From assembly GCF_004010195.1 (NCBI RefSeq), contig NC_057720.1:25583007-25647006 (forward strand): DNA of 64,000 bases, read 5' to 3'. Shown one piece after another: positions 23,920-36,589 of the stretch. The stretch is from Chiloscyllium plagiosum (taxonomy: Eukaryota). A model generated the notes under the pieces. That model had not been told where the DNA came from and did no database searches. It was given only the letters and a program-made list of their open reading frames with translations. The translations under genes were made by a program, and so were the position numbers. Positions within the stretch are counted from its first letter, which is position 1; each line of letters begins with the position of its first letter.

Positions 23920-26050
23920 GCTGAGGGTGTCTGCTTTCACCATCATTACAGGCAGTGAGTTCCAGATTCATATTGCCGTCTGGGTGATAAAGAAATCCTC
24001 ACATCCCTTCTAAGCCTCCTGTCCCATTAATTAAATAAATACACCCTGGACATTGGTTGATCTGTCAAGAGGATCAGTGTCTTCCTGTCTCTACAATCTA
24101 TGTCCCTCAGAATATTATACATCCCAAACATATCCTCCTTTGGGTCTCCGTTGCTCCTCACTCTTCATAATGAAAACATTCCGGCTCATGCAAAATCCTG
24201 GCAAATCTCCTCTGCCCCTTGTTCTTGAATCTGGATTCCAGAACTACACACAGTATTCCAGTTGTGATCTAAACAATGTTTAATACAGTTCCAGCATCAC
24301 CTCCCTGCTCTGAAATTCTCCACCTCAGCTAACACAGGTAACTTTCCCATATGCCTTTTCAACCACTTCATCTACTAATCGTGCTACTTTAAAGAGTCAG
24401 AGAGTCATAGAATGATAGAGGTTTCTAGCACGGATTCAGACCCTTTGGTACAACTTGTCCATGCCGACCAGCTATCCCAACCCAATCTAGTCCCATTGCC
24501 AGCAGCCAGCCCATATCCCTCCAAACCCTTCCTATTCATTTACCCATCAAATGTTGCAATTGTACTAGCCTCCACCACTTCCTCTGCCAGCTCATTCCAT
24601 ACACGCACCACTCTCTGCGTGGAAATGTTGCCCCTTAGGTCTCTTTTATATCTTTCCCCTTTCACCCTAAACCTATGTCCTCCAGTTCTGGACTCCCCAA
24701 CCCCAGGGAAAAGACTTTGTCTATTTATCCTATCCATGCTCCTCATAATTTTATGAACCTTTATAAGATCACCCCTCAGCCACCGGCGTTCCAGGGAAAA
24801 CAGCCCCAGCCTGTTCAGCCTCTCCCTATAGCTCAAATCTTCCAACCCTGGCAACATCTTTGTAAATCTTTTCTGAACCGTTTCAAGTTTCACAACATCC
24901 TTCTGATAGGAAGGAGACCAGAATTCCACGCAATATTCCAAAAGTGGCCTAACCAATGATCTGTACAGCCACAACATGACCTCCCAACTCCTGTACTCAA
25001 TTCTCTGACCAATAAAGGAAAGCATAACAAACACCTTCTTCACTATCCTATCTACCTACGACTCCACCTTCAAGGAGCTATGAACCTGCACTCCAAGGTC
25101 TCTTTGATCAGCAACACTCCCTCGGGCCTTACCATTAAGTGTATAAGTCTTGCTAAGATTTGCTTTCCCAAAGTGCAACACTTCACATTTATTTAAATTA
25201 AACTCCATCTGCCACTCCTCAGCCCATTGGCCCATCTGATCAAGATCCCATTGTAATCTGAGGTTACCTTATTTGTTGTCCACTACACCTCCAATTTTGG
25301 TGTCATCTGCAAACTAACTAACTATACCTGTTCTGCTCACATCCACATCATTTATATAAATGATGAAAAGTGGTGGATCCAGCACCGATCCTTGTGGCAG
25401 TCCAGTCTGAAAAACAATCCTCCACCACCACCCTCTGTTTTCTATCTTGGAGCCAGTTCTGTATCCAAATGGCGAGTTCTCCCTGTATTCCATGAGATCT
25501 AACCTTACCAACCAATCTCCCACATGGAACCTTGTCGACTGCCTTATTGAAGTCCATATAGATCATGTCTACCACTCTGCCCTCATTGTGACTTCTTCAA
25601 AAAACTCAATCAAGTTCGTGGACAATAGCACAAAAGTCCCTCTGATCCTCTGTGCTTCCCAGCATCCTATCATTCATCATATATTCCCTTATCTGGTTTG
25701 TCCTCCCCAAGTGCATCAGCTCACACTTATCCAGATTGAATTTCATTTGCCACCTATTAACACACCTCACCAGCCCATTTATATCCTTCTGTAATCTAAG
25801 GTTATAATCCTCAGTATTTACTACTGCATCAATTTTGCTATTATCTGTAAACTTACTGATCAACCCTTCTAGGTTCAAGCCTAAATCATTGTTAATACCA
25901 CAAATAGCAGGGATCCCAACATTGATCCCTGCAGAAACTTATTGGTCACAGGCTTCCAGTCACACAAACACCTTTCGATGATTACATTCTGTTTCCTGCC
26001 ATTCAGCCAATTCTGTTTCCAATGTGCTCAATTACATTGAATCCCCTTGG
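23920..26050 (-). mobile_element. Older CR1 LINE hosting a younger CR1 insertion
   Basis: RT fragment ISKFTDNSKI..WQMKFNLDKCE (25606-25878); the 3' part continues left of 24393. Confidence 0.75.
24393..25618 (-). mobile_element. CR1 LINE (HER1-like), 5'-truncated
   Basis: YMDFNKAVDKVP, LPQGSVLDPPLFIIYIND, and a 167-aa C-terminal fragment LYRSLVRPLLEYCVEFWSP; tail at 24393-24420. Confidence 0.95.
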
Positions 26051-26552
26051 CTCTTGCACTTGCTATCAGTTTCCCATAAGGGTCCTTATCAGAAGCGGAA
26101 ACAGTTCAGATAATATTCTTGAGAACTCTTTTAAGATCGCTGCTTATTCTTATGTTCACCAGTTCCTAATTTTTGGAAGAATACATTGTTTGCCATTACT
26201 ATTCCAGCCTTGTTTTCTTCATGAAAATAAACTTCTGACAAAATGTTCTCAAGCATTTAATTTATTATGTCTATTCCTCATACTTTATTTAAAAAAAAAT
26301 CAAGTTGTTAAATCTGGCTAGTTCAGAACACTATTTTTGCAAGTATTTATCAATCTGTGATGTTCAAATTAGAGACTCTGTCTTAAACTATTGAGCGAGG
26401 AACAGATAGCTTTCTTAAATCTTGAGACAGGTAGAAGAGCTGCTCTGTAAATCTATTACTAATGTCCTAGTTTTATACAACAGTTGGAAGCAAATTGTTA
26501 TTTTCTATGATAGGACAAGGGAGTTTAAGTGATACAAATATGTATTTTGTTA

Positions 26553-26642
26553 ACTCTGATGAAGGGCTTATGCCCAAAACATCCATTCTCCTGCTCCTCG
26601 GATGCTGCCTGACCTGCTGTGCTTTTCCAGCACCACACTCTT
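26553..26642 (+). mobile_element. PLE terminal-repeat family A fragment starting at the hammerhead
   Basis: CTGATGAAGGGCTTATGCCCAAAACATC..GGATGCTGCCTGACCTGCTGTGCTTTTCCAGCACCACACTC; abuts the 5' end of a CR1. Confidence 0.8.
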
Positions 26643-27729
26643 GAGGGAGAACAAGCTATTTGGATACATAACTGGCTCGAAGGTAGAAGACAGAGAATGT
26701 GGTGAAGGGTTGCTTTTTGGACTGGAGGACCATGACCAATGGTGTGCCTCAAGGATCAGAGCTGAGTCCATTGCTTTTCATCATTTATATAAATGTTTTG
26801 GATGTAAATATGGGAGATATAGTTAGTAAGTTTGCAGATGACACTAAAATTGATGGTGCATCAAGCCAATCAAAAAGGTTATGTCAGAGTACTATGAACC
26901 TTGCTTCAATGGGCTGGTGGGGTGAGGAGTGGCAGATGGAGTTCGATTTAAATAAATGTAGTGCAGTATTTTGATAGGATAAATGGGGCAGGACGTATAC
27001 AGTTAATGGCAAGGTCCTGGGGAGTGTTTCCGAACAAAGAAACCTTAGAGTACAGGATCATAGCTCCTTAAAAGTGGAGTCACAGGTAGATAGGATAGTG
27101 AAGAAGGCATTTGGTACGCTTGTCTTTATTGGTCAGTGGTTTGAGTATAGGAGTCAGGAGGTCATGTTGCAGCTGTACAGGATACTGGTTAGGCTAGGGC
27201 ACTTTTAGAATGCTGCATTCGGTTCTGGTCTCCCTGCTTTAGGAAAGAGGTTGTGAAATTTGAAAGGGTTCAGAAAAGATTTACAAGGATGTTCCCAGGG
27301 TTGGAGGGTTTGAGCTGTCAGGAGAGGCTGAATAGACTGGAGTTATTTTCCCTGGATCATCAAAGGCTGAGGGGCAACCTGACAGAAGTTTATAAAATCA
27401 TGAAGGACATGGAGCGGGTGAATAGCCAAGGTCTTTTCCAAATCTAGTGGTGAATGGGGAAAGATTTTTAAAATGAACCAAAGGGGCAACTTTTTAACAT
27501 AGAGGATGGTATGTGTATGGAATGAACTGCGAGAGGAAGTGCTGGAGGCTGATATAATTACAACATTTAAAAGGCAACTGGATGGGTTTTTGAATAAGAA
27601 AAGTTTAGAGGGATATGGGCCAAATGCTGTTAAATAGGACTAGATTAATTTATGACATCTGGTTGGCATAGACAAGTTGGACTGAAGAGCTCGTTTCCAT
27701 GCTGTACATCTCTATGACTCATGACTATG
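26643..27729 (+). mobile_element. CR1 LINE, 5'-truncated
   Basis: GVPQGSELSPLLFIIYIN..KFADDTK; ERVQKRFTRMFPGLE; tail CTCTATGACTCATGACTATG. Confidence 0.93.
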
Positions 27730-28156
27730 AAGTTTAATAACACGATCTTCTTTTCTATGGCCAAGTAGCTATCAAATTGAAAAACTGGCTGTGATCAGAC
27801 AAACTCCTCTTGAATTGTGGGGACAAAGATGATGCTGTGAAATCATGTGGTAAAATTGGAAACTCAACCTGCATCTGAGTGATTCTTTATTGGTACCTTG
27901 GTAAGATATTGATCTTTTGAGTTTTAAATACTTTTGAATTTTGTTCAGTTTCTGACCTAGCTATAGCACAAGGCCAAAGAGATAGAGTTTAGTGATCATA
28001 TATTCTGAATTATACTAAAAATATTTAGATTTGAAGAAAGTAAAGAAACCCAAAAATGAGATTTTCCTTGACTATTTGGCTCAGCACTGTAGGATAAAAT
28101 AAGCCTTATTTGTCCTAGAATCCCACTGCTTAGTAAAATAGCATATCAAATCTGTG

Positions 28157-28290
28157 TGGCGAAAGTGAGGACTGCAGATGCTGGAGATCAGAGTCAAGAT
28201 CAGAGTGGTGCTGGAAAAGCACAGCAGGTCAAGCAGCATCCGAGGAGCAGGAAAATTGACATTTCGGACAAAAGCCCTTCATCAGGAATC
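28157..28290 (-). mobile_element. PLE terminal-repeat family A, solo copy with intact hammerhead core
   Basis: Minus strand GATTC CTGATGA AGGGC TTTT GTCC GAAA TG TC AATT; CpG decay in stems I and III. Confidence 0.8.
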
Positions 28291-28708
28291 TCAAACTTAC
28301 TCTCTGCAACTTCCTCTACCTTTCAAAGCTTTCTCAAAATCACGAAGTTTATCGACCATCACTCCTTACTCTACCACAATAATGATTTTCGTGTTAATTC
28401 CTTTTGTTCCTAAATAGCACATTGGGATATTTTCCTAAATTGTGGAAAGCATATAAATCCAATAGTTCATGTCATGTGTAGGCTAAAGAAGTAGCGTTGC
28501 TGCCATATGTTTTGAAGTTTATATTCTCTCTTGATCAGCATTTATGGAAGCAATGATTCCATAATTGGGGAAATGCCCGAACTGAAATTCATTACAATTG
28601 AGGGTCACACAGGTAATGAATATATTGTTATATAGAAATTCTAGAACTGAAACAATACCATTTAGTTCACTAGGTCCATGTTGTTCACATAGGTCTCCTT
28701 CCACATTA

Positions 28709-29687
28709 CTTCAGCTCATCGTGTCAATCTAACTTTTCCTATTGGGCTTCTTTAATTTCTAAGTTTGGTGTGCTTTGAAACAGATCAAACTGCACATCTG
28801 AGATTATCATTCCAAATAATAACACTTTGAAACCTTGAAGATGCTAGCTAGAAGTCCCTGTGTCGTAATATCAGTATCCACCAGAGGGCAATTTAGCTGC
28901 ACTAGCAGAATTTCTCAACTGCTTTAGTTCCCCAGTGGGTTTTTTCTCCATGAGGCAAAGTGATTGTTTTCCTTGCTTCATCAGTTTCTACTCTTCTGCT
29001 GTGCAACTACAGTGGGAACAGTTTTTACCAATGGCCTTGACGTATCCAAAACAGAATTCTCCTCACCTCTTTGTTGACAGCTGGTCGATGTTTCTCCAAA
29101 GGATCAAAATGGAGTCCAGCTGAACCCACATGAATTGTCATGTTCAGCTCATAAGCGCGACCTAAGTTTCAGCTCGAAAGACAAACATCCGTGTCAGTGG
29201 ACAGGCTCTTCTCATCAGCAGCAGTGAACTTGGGTGTTGCTGCAGGTTTGAAACCTCAAGGTGATCTTGAAGTCTTCTGCCTGTTTTAAAATTGGCATCT
29301 TACCTTGTTATTTTCCTTTTTGCTGGTGGCAGTTTTCTTGTTGCTGCTCTGTGGGTGTGGGAAGGTTTCCGATGGTGGCTTTTCAGATTTCAAACTGAGC
29401 TGCACTCTCTAAGGTCCATTTTTACTTTTCTCCGTGCCACACTCCCTGATGAATGTTGGGGACATTTTATACGTAAAGGTACTTCAATATTGTTTCGGTA
29501 ATGCAAAAAGAATGGGGAGTGGGAAGGAGGAAAGGGAGGAACTGATAAGAGACAAAATAGAGATAGAGTAGAGAAATGAAGTGGGAATGATAATCTCAGA
29601 TGTGCAATTTGGTCTGTTTCAAAACACACCAAGCTTAGAAATTAATCAAAACCCAATAAGAAGATATGTTGACAAGATGAGCTGAAG
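28709..29687. repeat. Long imperfect inverted repeat, arms about 105 bp, spacer about 770 bp
   Basis: 28709-28813 (..TGCACATCTGAGATTATCATTCC) versus 29584-29687 (GGAATGATAATCTCAGATGTGCA..GATGAGCTGAAG). Confidence 0.9.
28878..28890 (+). promoter_or_regulatory. CTCF-like core motif
   Basis: CCACCAGAGGGCA matches the CTCF core consensus; motif match only. Confidence 0.35.
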
Positions 29688-29974
29688 AGAACAGTAAGAG
29701 AATAAAAGTAAACCAATTAATTCTATTAATTAACTTGAGCATCTTTCACACAGCAAAAGAAAAGGTAGACTGTTGTTGATACATGTTGAAAACAGTGATT
29801 GAGGTAATTGAGATGTTTGATGTCAATAGCAAGATGTTTACATGGTTCTGACACTCACATCTCATTTAAATCTCATCAACAATCTATCTGGTTGTCCAGC
29901 ATTCTGGAGCTGGGATTTCTTGTGGGTGTGGGGTGTGGGGGACGTGCCTCCTATTTAAACTGAGCTGACATGAG

Positions 29975-30315
29975 TGGCACAGTGGCTCAGTGCTTAGAAC
30001 TGCTGCCTCATAGCACCAGGTTTGATTCCAGTTTCAGGGGACTGTATGTGTGTGGAGTTTGCACATTCTCCACATGTTTGTGTGGGTTTCTACTGTGTGT
30101 TACGGTTTCCTCCCACAATCACAAAATGTGCAGGTTAGGTGGATTGGCCATTCTAAATTTCCCCATAGTGTCCAGGGATGTGCAGGCCAGTTGGATTAAC
30201 AATGGCAAATGTGAGTTTATGAGGATGGGCTGGGTTTGGGTGGGATGCTCTTCAGAGGGTTGATGCCGACTCCGCAGGCTGAATGACCTATTTCCACACT
30301 GTAAGGAAGTCTATG
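29975..30315 (+). mobile_element. V-SINE (HE1-like)
   Basis: GGCACAGTGGCTCAGTG..TGTGGAGTTTGCACATTCTCC..GGTTAGGTGGATTGGCCAT. Confidence 0.88.
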
Positions 30316-30432
30316 ACACTCATCCTGCATTTCTGGATGTACTGGGTGCAGGCCTTTGTGGGATCGTAAACTTAGGGAACGGTTCACCATGCCTTGCGGC
30401 TAGGCCTGCAGGGCCCAGTCACTGCCCATTTT

Positions 30433-30882
30433 AATTCCCCCAACCATCCCCTTCCGACATGACCATCCTTGGCCTCCTCCATTACCAAAACAAACCACTG
30501 CGCCAATGGGACAAACATCACCTTAGCTTCTGCCTGGGCACACTACAGCCCAGAGGACTCAGCATTGAGTGCTCCAATTTCAAATAACCTCCTTCCCCAT
30601 CCCCTGACTCCTTTGCCAGCCCCTCCCCCTCCCTGCCACTGCTCCCTGCCACCAACGGGATTCCTTCCTCCCTTTGACCAACAAGGTCATCCCCACTACC
30701 TGTCGTCACCTATCCCCACTTACACTCTGCCCCCACCACCCCCTTTATCTGCAACTCCCACCACACCCATCCCCAGTCCTGAAGAAGGGTTACACCTGAA
30801 AAATCGACTTTTGCACCTCCTGATTCTGCCTGGCTTGCTGTCTACTTTGGATTCCAGCACCTGCAGTTTCTTTTTGTCTCCA
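30433..30882 (+). mobile_element. PLE 3' end (GIY-YIG C-terminus plus terminal repeat)
   Basis: DMTILGLLHY..FCLGTLQPRGLSIE* is homologous to the C-terminus at 59560-59720; pyrimidine-rich UTR; hammerhead at 30775-30809. Confidence 0.85.
30775..30809 (+). ncRNA. Minimal type I hammerhead ribozyme motif
   Basis: AGTC CTGAAGA A GGGT TAC ACCT GAAA AA TC GACT: stem I AGTC/GACT, stem II GGGT/ACCT, core intact, stem III palindrome lost. Confidence 0.5.
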
Positions 30883-31122
30883 ATACTATCAGAAGGCAGT
30901 CCAAGAAAATGCAACACCAAGTCTACAAGGAGGTTCTTGAGAATGTCAGTACTGGAAGCAGCACTTCCAGGACAGTTTGAGATGTCCAGTAACCTTACCC
31001 AGTAATAATGTTGTTGCTTTGTAATCGCCTCATCATTGGGTAAAAGCTTGATGCGACATTTCTCTCTGCAAACTTTTTCAATTACAATGGGGCAATGTAT
31101 CAGCAGTTCTCATTCAGATCAT

Positions 31123-31343
31123 GATTTGGTGATTTCAGTGTTGGACTGGGGTTTACAAAGTTAAAAATCACACAACACCAAGTTATAGTCCAACAGGTTT
31201 AATTGGAAGCACTAGCTTTTGGAGCACTGCTCCTTCATGAGATGGTTACGTCACAACCACCTGATGAAGGAGCAGTGCTCTGAAAGCTAGTGCTTCCAGT
31301 TAAACCTATTGGACTATAACCTGGTGTTGTGTGATTTTTAACT
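31123..31343. mobile_element. PLE terminal-repeat family C, fold-back pair
   Basis: Arms 31158-31247 and 31255-31344; flanking repeat TCATTCAGATCAT (31110-31122) / TCATTCAGACCAT (31344-31356). Confidence 0.88.
31258..31292 (+). ncRNA. Minimal type I hammerhead ribozyme motif (family C)
   Basis: CAC CTGATGA A GGAGC AGT GCTCT GAAA GC TA GTG: stem I CAC/GTG, stem II GGAGC/GCTCT, AGCT palindrome in stem III, predicted cleavage after 31289. Confidence 0.65.
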
Positions 31344-33189
31344 TCATTCAGACCATTCATCCTTCTTATGTTTTGAGAACAAACAGCATTCTGTTTTTTT
31401 CCCAGTAACAGCCAGGAAACACTTCACTCTTCTGCTAACCGTCTCAAGTTTCACCCTGCAGATACACATCAATCCCTCAAGTGCAATCCTCCTTGCAAAA
31501 TGCTGCTTTTTCATCATTAGCTCACACATCTGCACAGCTTTTATAGAAACTGCAAAGCAACCCACCTGCCATAGGACAAGCTGGCAGAAAGACACTGCCA
31601 GTATCTGGACAGGGCTAATCTGCAGGCAAGCACTCATTTGAATTGAAGAAGAAGCAATCTTGGAAACTACTGAGACAGGCAGAAGAGAGAGAAAAAGGAA
31701 TTGGGAGATTGGAGGCCACACAGAGTGTCTACCTATTCTCTTTTTTTATTGAAGAAATCACACCATGAGACAAACAGACATTAAAACAGAGCTACTTCAG
31801 ATTCTGCAGCTGTAATTTCTTGCAAAGAAAGGGAATGTACCCTGTCATTCACTTCAAAGTTGTGGGGCATCTTAGTTAGAAGTATTGATGAATCCAGGGA
31901 TTGCTGTTTATGCAATATTTAATCATGCCTACCCTTTTGCTAGATCAGGCCTGATTGATCCAAAGGACAACCATGACCTTGACCTTTTAAGTCAATCATG
32001 TCCATTTTGATGGGCAGGACTAGATGCCTTTCTTCTCAACATGCATTTCTGCAGATTTCCCTCTGAACACAGAAATGTCAACAGCATCTTTTTTTTATTG
32101 TGACATTTACAGCAACATAGATAAGGAGTACGACTTAATTGGTGGAGAAGTTTGATCCGCCACCATCTTGCATCTTAAGGCAATAATTCAATCTCTCAAA
32201 ATGTTACCTTGATAGGAAAAGATGGAAGATTACGAGTACTGACAAGATGCAGATCATACTACCTTTTCGAAAAAAAATTGAATGTTACTTTCATTCCGAT
32301 TTCTTTTCCCACTGAATGCTTTCCTCCCACTATGGTATGGGCAAGGTAAAGTCATTGAGTGAAGTGAGCACTGTTATCATCAGTGCTCTCAATATTCTCT
32401 AATCCTCCAATGCAAAGCGCAAACTGGGATTATGGATTTACTTGGTCACAGTCGTAGTATGAAATTGAACTCTTCTGTCCACATTTCACTTTTAATAATA
32501 TGCCATATTGTACAAATAGTGTTTATAGTTACTTTTTAGTCAGCCATGAACTGTTATTATATTACAAAAGATTAATTGTTCCATTGTACTAAACCTTTTG
32601 TTGACTTTCCAAAAGATATTTCAGAAGCAGCTAACAGAACAATATTTGCAATAGCACATTATTGTCAGTATGTGCTCGCTGTAGCACTCTGTAATAAATG
32701 TAATGCCTTGTTATTCTGAAGGATGACTTATGAGCTATGCTGATAATTGCACTACGTGCAGCTCTACACATTCACTGGGCTTTGTGCCAATTCAGGTCAG
32801 CAATGTCAGCAGTTTACAGGTCAGCAGCTCTGAGTTACTTAGTTACAGAGTCTTTTGTTACACAAAGAACCTTCTAAAAGACAATTAATAAATAGCTGCC
32901 ATTTCATGGGTATTTCAAATCTAAACTTTCCAGTCACAAGTTCAACAACTGTTTCATTACCTGCCTAATCATATGTACACAATCTCTTAGGACAACCATC
33001 TGGTTTAAACTAAAATGATGCAAGATACAAAATTAAAGCAGTTGTACTGAAGTAGTATCTTCTCAGAATTACAAGCATAACAAATCACCTCATAGTCAAC
33101 AAGTTGTATTTGAAGTGTGCTCAGTCTTATACGTGAAAGGTAAGACTGGTAGGCTTAGAGAATAATAAATGAAGAAAGATAATGAGCGT

Positions 33190-33590
33190 CTAGTCATAGA
33201 GACATAGAGATGTTCAGCATGGAAACAGACCCTTCAGTCCAACTCGTCCATGCCAACCAGATATCCTAACCTAATCTAGTCCCATTTGCTTGCACTTGGC
33301 CCATATCTCTCTAAACCCTTCCTATTCATATACCCATCCAAATGCCTTTTAAATGTTATAATTGTACCAGCCTCCACCACTTCCTCTGGCATCTTATTCC
33401 ATACACACACCACTCTCCGTGTGAAAAAGTTGTCCCTTAGCTTCCTTTCTTACCTTTTCCCTCTCACCCTAAGCCTATGCCTTCTAGTTCTGGATTCCCC
33501 CACCCCCAAAGAAAAGACTTTGTCTATTTATCCTATCCATGCCTCTCATGATTTTGTAAACTTCTATAAGGTCACCCCTCAGCCTCCGAT
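33190..33590 (-). mobile_element. CR1 LINE 3' end
   Basis: [26 protein letters not shown] on the minus strand; tail at 33190-33215. Confidence 0.9.
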
Positions 33591-33744
33591 GCACCAGGGA
33601 ATATATCAAGAATGGAAAAGTATCATAAATTAGGTATGGGCAACTGGGTTCAAATGAATCTCTTGAAGAATATAAAGAGGGTAAGGGCATTCTTAACAGG
33701 GAGATCAGGATGGCAAAGAGGGGATATGAGATTGTCTTGGCAGA

Positions 33745-33940
33745 TAGTAGTAAGAGCGTGGAATGCACTACCTGCAACAGGTGTAGAACTGCCAACTTTA
33801 CAACAGTTAAATGGTCATTGGATAGACATATGGACGAGAATGGAATAGTGTAAGTTAGATGGGCTTCGGATTGGTTTCACAGGGCAATGCAACAGTGAGT
33901 GCCGAAGGGACTATACTGCAGTGTAATGTTCTATGTTGTA
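33745..33940 (+). mobile_element. CR1 3' tail (subfamily of 1-233), nested in another CR1
   Basis: IVVRAWNALPA..GCCGAAGGGACT..TGTTCTATG tail. Confidence 0.75.
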
Positions 33941-33944
33941 TAAG

Positions 33945-35727
33945 GTTAAGGTAAATGCAAAGAGATTCTACAAATATATTAAGAGCAAAACAGCAACTAG
34001 AGAGAGAGTTGGACCTCTTAAAGATCAAAGGGGTCATCTTTGTGTTGAACTTCAGGAGATGGAAGAGAATTAAATGAAGATTTCATGTCAGTTTTTATTG
34101 TGGAGAAAGAAATGGAGGCCAGAGTACTCAGGGAAATAAAGATTGAAGTTTTGAAAACAGTTCACATTATGGAAGAGGAAGTGCTGGAAGTCTTAGAAAA
34201 TAAAAAAAAGTTTATAAACTTCTGGGTCCTGATCTACTCTATTCTAGGGCATTGTGAGAAATTAGGGAGGAATTTGCAGGGTTCTTTTCAGAAATATTTA
34301 TGTCATCTATAACTACGGGTGAGGTGCTGGGTGATTGGAATATGGCTAATGTAGTGCATTTGTTTAAGAAGGGATGTAAGGAGAAGACCTTGAGTCTGAC
34401 TCCACTGCTGGGTAAGTTATTCAAGGTAACTCTGACAGAAAGGATTTATATGCACTTGCAGAGGCAAGGAATAATTAGGGATACTCAGCATGGTTTAATG
34501 CGAGGGAAATCGTGTCTCACAAACTTGTTTAATTTCTTTGAGGATGCAATGAATATTGTTTACTTGGACTTTAGTAAATCCTTTGATAAGGTTCTGCAAG
34601 GTAGCCTCATTAGTAAAATTAGATCACATGGAATTCAGAGTGAGCTTGCTAATTGGATACAAAATTGACTTAACCACAGGAGACAGAGAGTGGTGTTGGA
34701 GGGTTGCTTTTTGGACTGGAGGCCTGTGACCAGTGGTGTTCAACAGGGATTGGTGCTGGTTCCTCTTTTCTTGTCATTTTTATTAACGACTTGGATGAGA
34801 ATATAGGAGGCATGGTTAGCAAGTTTGTGGATGACACTAAAATTGTTGGTATAGTTGACAATGAAGAAAGATATCTAAGATTACAAAGCGATCTTGACCA
34901 GTTTGGACAACGGGCTGAGGAATGGCTGGTGGAGTTTAATTTAGAGAAATACATGATATTGCATTTTGATAAAACAAACAAGGACAGGACTTATTAAATT
35001 AAAAATAGGATCCTGGTTAGTGTTGTAGAACAGAGAGACCTAGGAGTTTATGTACTTAATTCTTTGATGTCTGCATTACATGGAGACAGGGTGGTTAAGA
35101 AGGCGTTTAACATGCTTGCATTCATTGCTCAGACCTTTGAGTATAAGAAGTTGTGACATCATGTTGAGATTGTACAGAACGTTGGTGAGGCCTCTTCTGG
35201 CGTACTGTGTGCAGTTCTGGTCATCCTGTTACAGGATGGATATTATTAAGCCATAAAGGGTTCAGAAAAGATTTGCCAGGATTTTGCTAGGACTGGAGGG
35301 TTTGAGTTATATGGAGAGGCTGGAAAGGCTGAGACTTGTTTCACTGGAACATATGAAGTTAAGAGGTGACCTTATAGAGATTTATAAAATCATGAGGGGT
35401 ATAGATAAGGTGAATGGTAGGTATCTTTTTCCTCGGGATTTCAAAACTGTGGGGCACATTTTTATGGTGTGAGGAGAAAGATTTTTAAAAAATGAGGGGC
35501 AACTATTTTATGGAGAACGGTTTGTATTGGAATGAACTGTCAGAGGAAGTGATGGATATGGATGCAGTCAAAATATTTAAAAGACAGTTGGATAAGTACA
35601 TGAATAAGAACTGTTTGGAGGGATATGGGCCAAGCACAAGCAGTAGGACTAGTTTAGGTTGGATTATGGTCAACATGGACTGGTTGGACTGAAGCGTCTG
35701 TTTCAGTTCTGTATGCATCTCTGACTT
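33945..35727 (+). mobile_element. CR1 LINE, degenerate RT
   Basis: QHGLMRGKSCLTNL..YLDFSKSFDKV, FINDLDEN..KFVDDTK, LRGDLIEIYKIMRG; an upstream piece lies at 33595-33745. Confidence 0.92.
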
Positions 35728-35836
35728 TCCTAGAAACCTGTTCACAAAGATATTGTCACATACCTTTGGAGCAGCTGGGGCTTGAGTCTGGATCTACTGT
35801 CATAATGTTGGACCAATTTGCACTTCATGAGGTCCT

Positions 35837-36586
35837 TGTTATGGACCACACCAGACCCCCTCAAAATGTATTAGGAAAATAGAATAGACCCTAACCTTTT
35901 CTTATTTTAATAGTAAGTGCCAGGTGTTTTGTTCCAGATGCAGTTCAATTAGTTCGACTACCAGTTCTGCAGCAAAACTCACTTTATTCATATACTATAG
36001 GTAAAATACAACAAAAGAAAGAATTGGAACAATGCTATTGGAAAACTTAACAGAGTATTTTACTACTAAACAGTAATTGTTACATTATAGTAACATCCCA
36101 TAAACATACCTGTGGCAAAGGCAAGGAATGGCTTATGCCTGAAACATCGATTCTCCTTCTCCTTGGATGCTGCCTGACCTGCTGCGCTTTTCCAGCAACA
36201 CATTTTTAAGCTCTGATCTCCAGCATCTGCAGTCCTCACTTTCTCCTAACAAAATAGATTGTCTCACATACAATTCTAGCAGCCCAGGGAGACAAGCATC
36301 TAGAGAAAACTCTGAGAGAGTGTAGCAGGGAGAGATGTATTACAGCTTCCAAACCCAGTTGAGGCCCAGCAACAACTTCTGCTACTGAAAAACTTAAAAA
36401 AAACCCTAGAAGTCCTGGTTCTGTGAGAGCTTAACAACACCCATTCAGGCTGCTTCTATTATTCCTACTTTAAAAAATCTGAAGGCTTCACTAAGTGTTT
36501 ACTGTAATAGCTGTGCACAGACTGCTCTGTACGTCCTCCTTAAAACTTCTTTTCAGAAAAAAGGACAAATTACACCTTTTTTAAAG
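35837..36586 (-). mobile_element. Solo LTR, related to 48891-49504, truncated by a SINE
   Basis: TGTTATGGACCACACCAGACCCCC is the reverse complement of the 3' end of the 48891 LTR; TTTATT (AATAAA antisense) near 35983. Confidence 0.7.
36129..36247 (+). mobile_element. PLE terminal-repeat family A fragment inside the LTR
   Basis: GGCTTATGCCTGAAACATCGATTCTCC..CAGCATCTGCAGTCCTCACTTTCTCC; the 5' half of the hammerhead is missing. Confidence 0.85.
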
Positions 36587-36589
36587 ATT

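Noticed and set aside
30469..31005. 178-aa proline-rich ORF
   Set aside because: Off-frame read-through of a PLE 3' end and its C-rich UTR.
31344..31721. 125-aa ORF with a signal-peptide-like start
   Set aside because: The hydrophobic start comes from a CT-rich tract; non-ATG start and no homology recognised.
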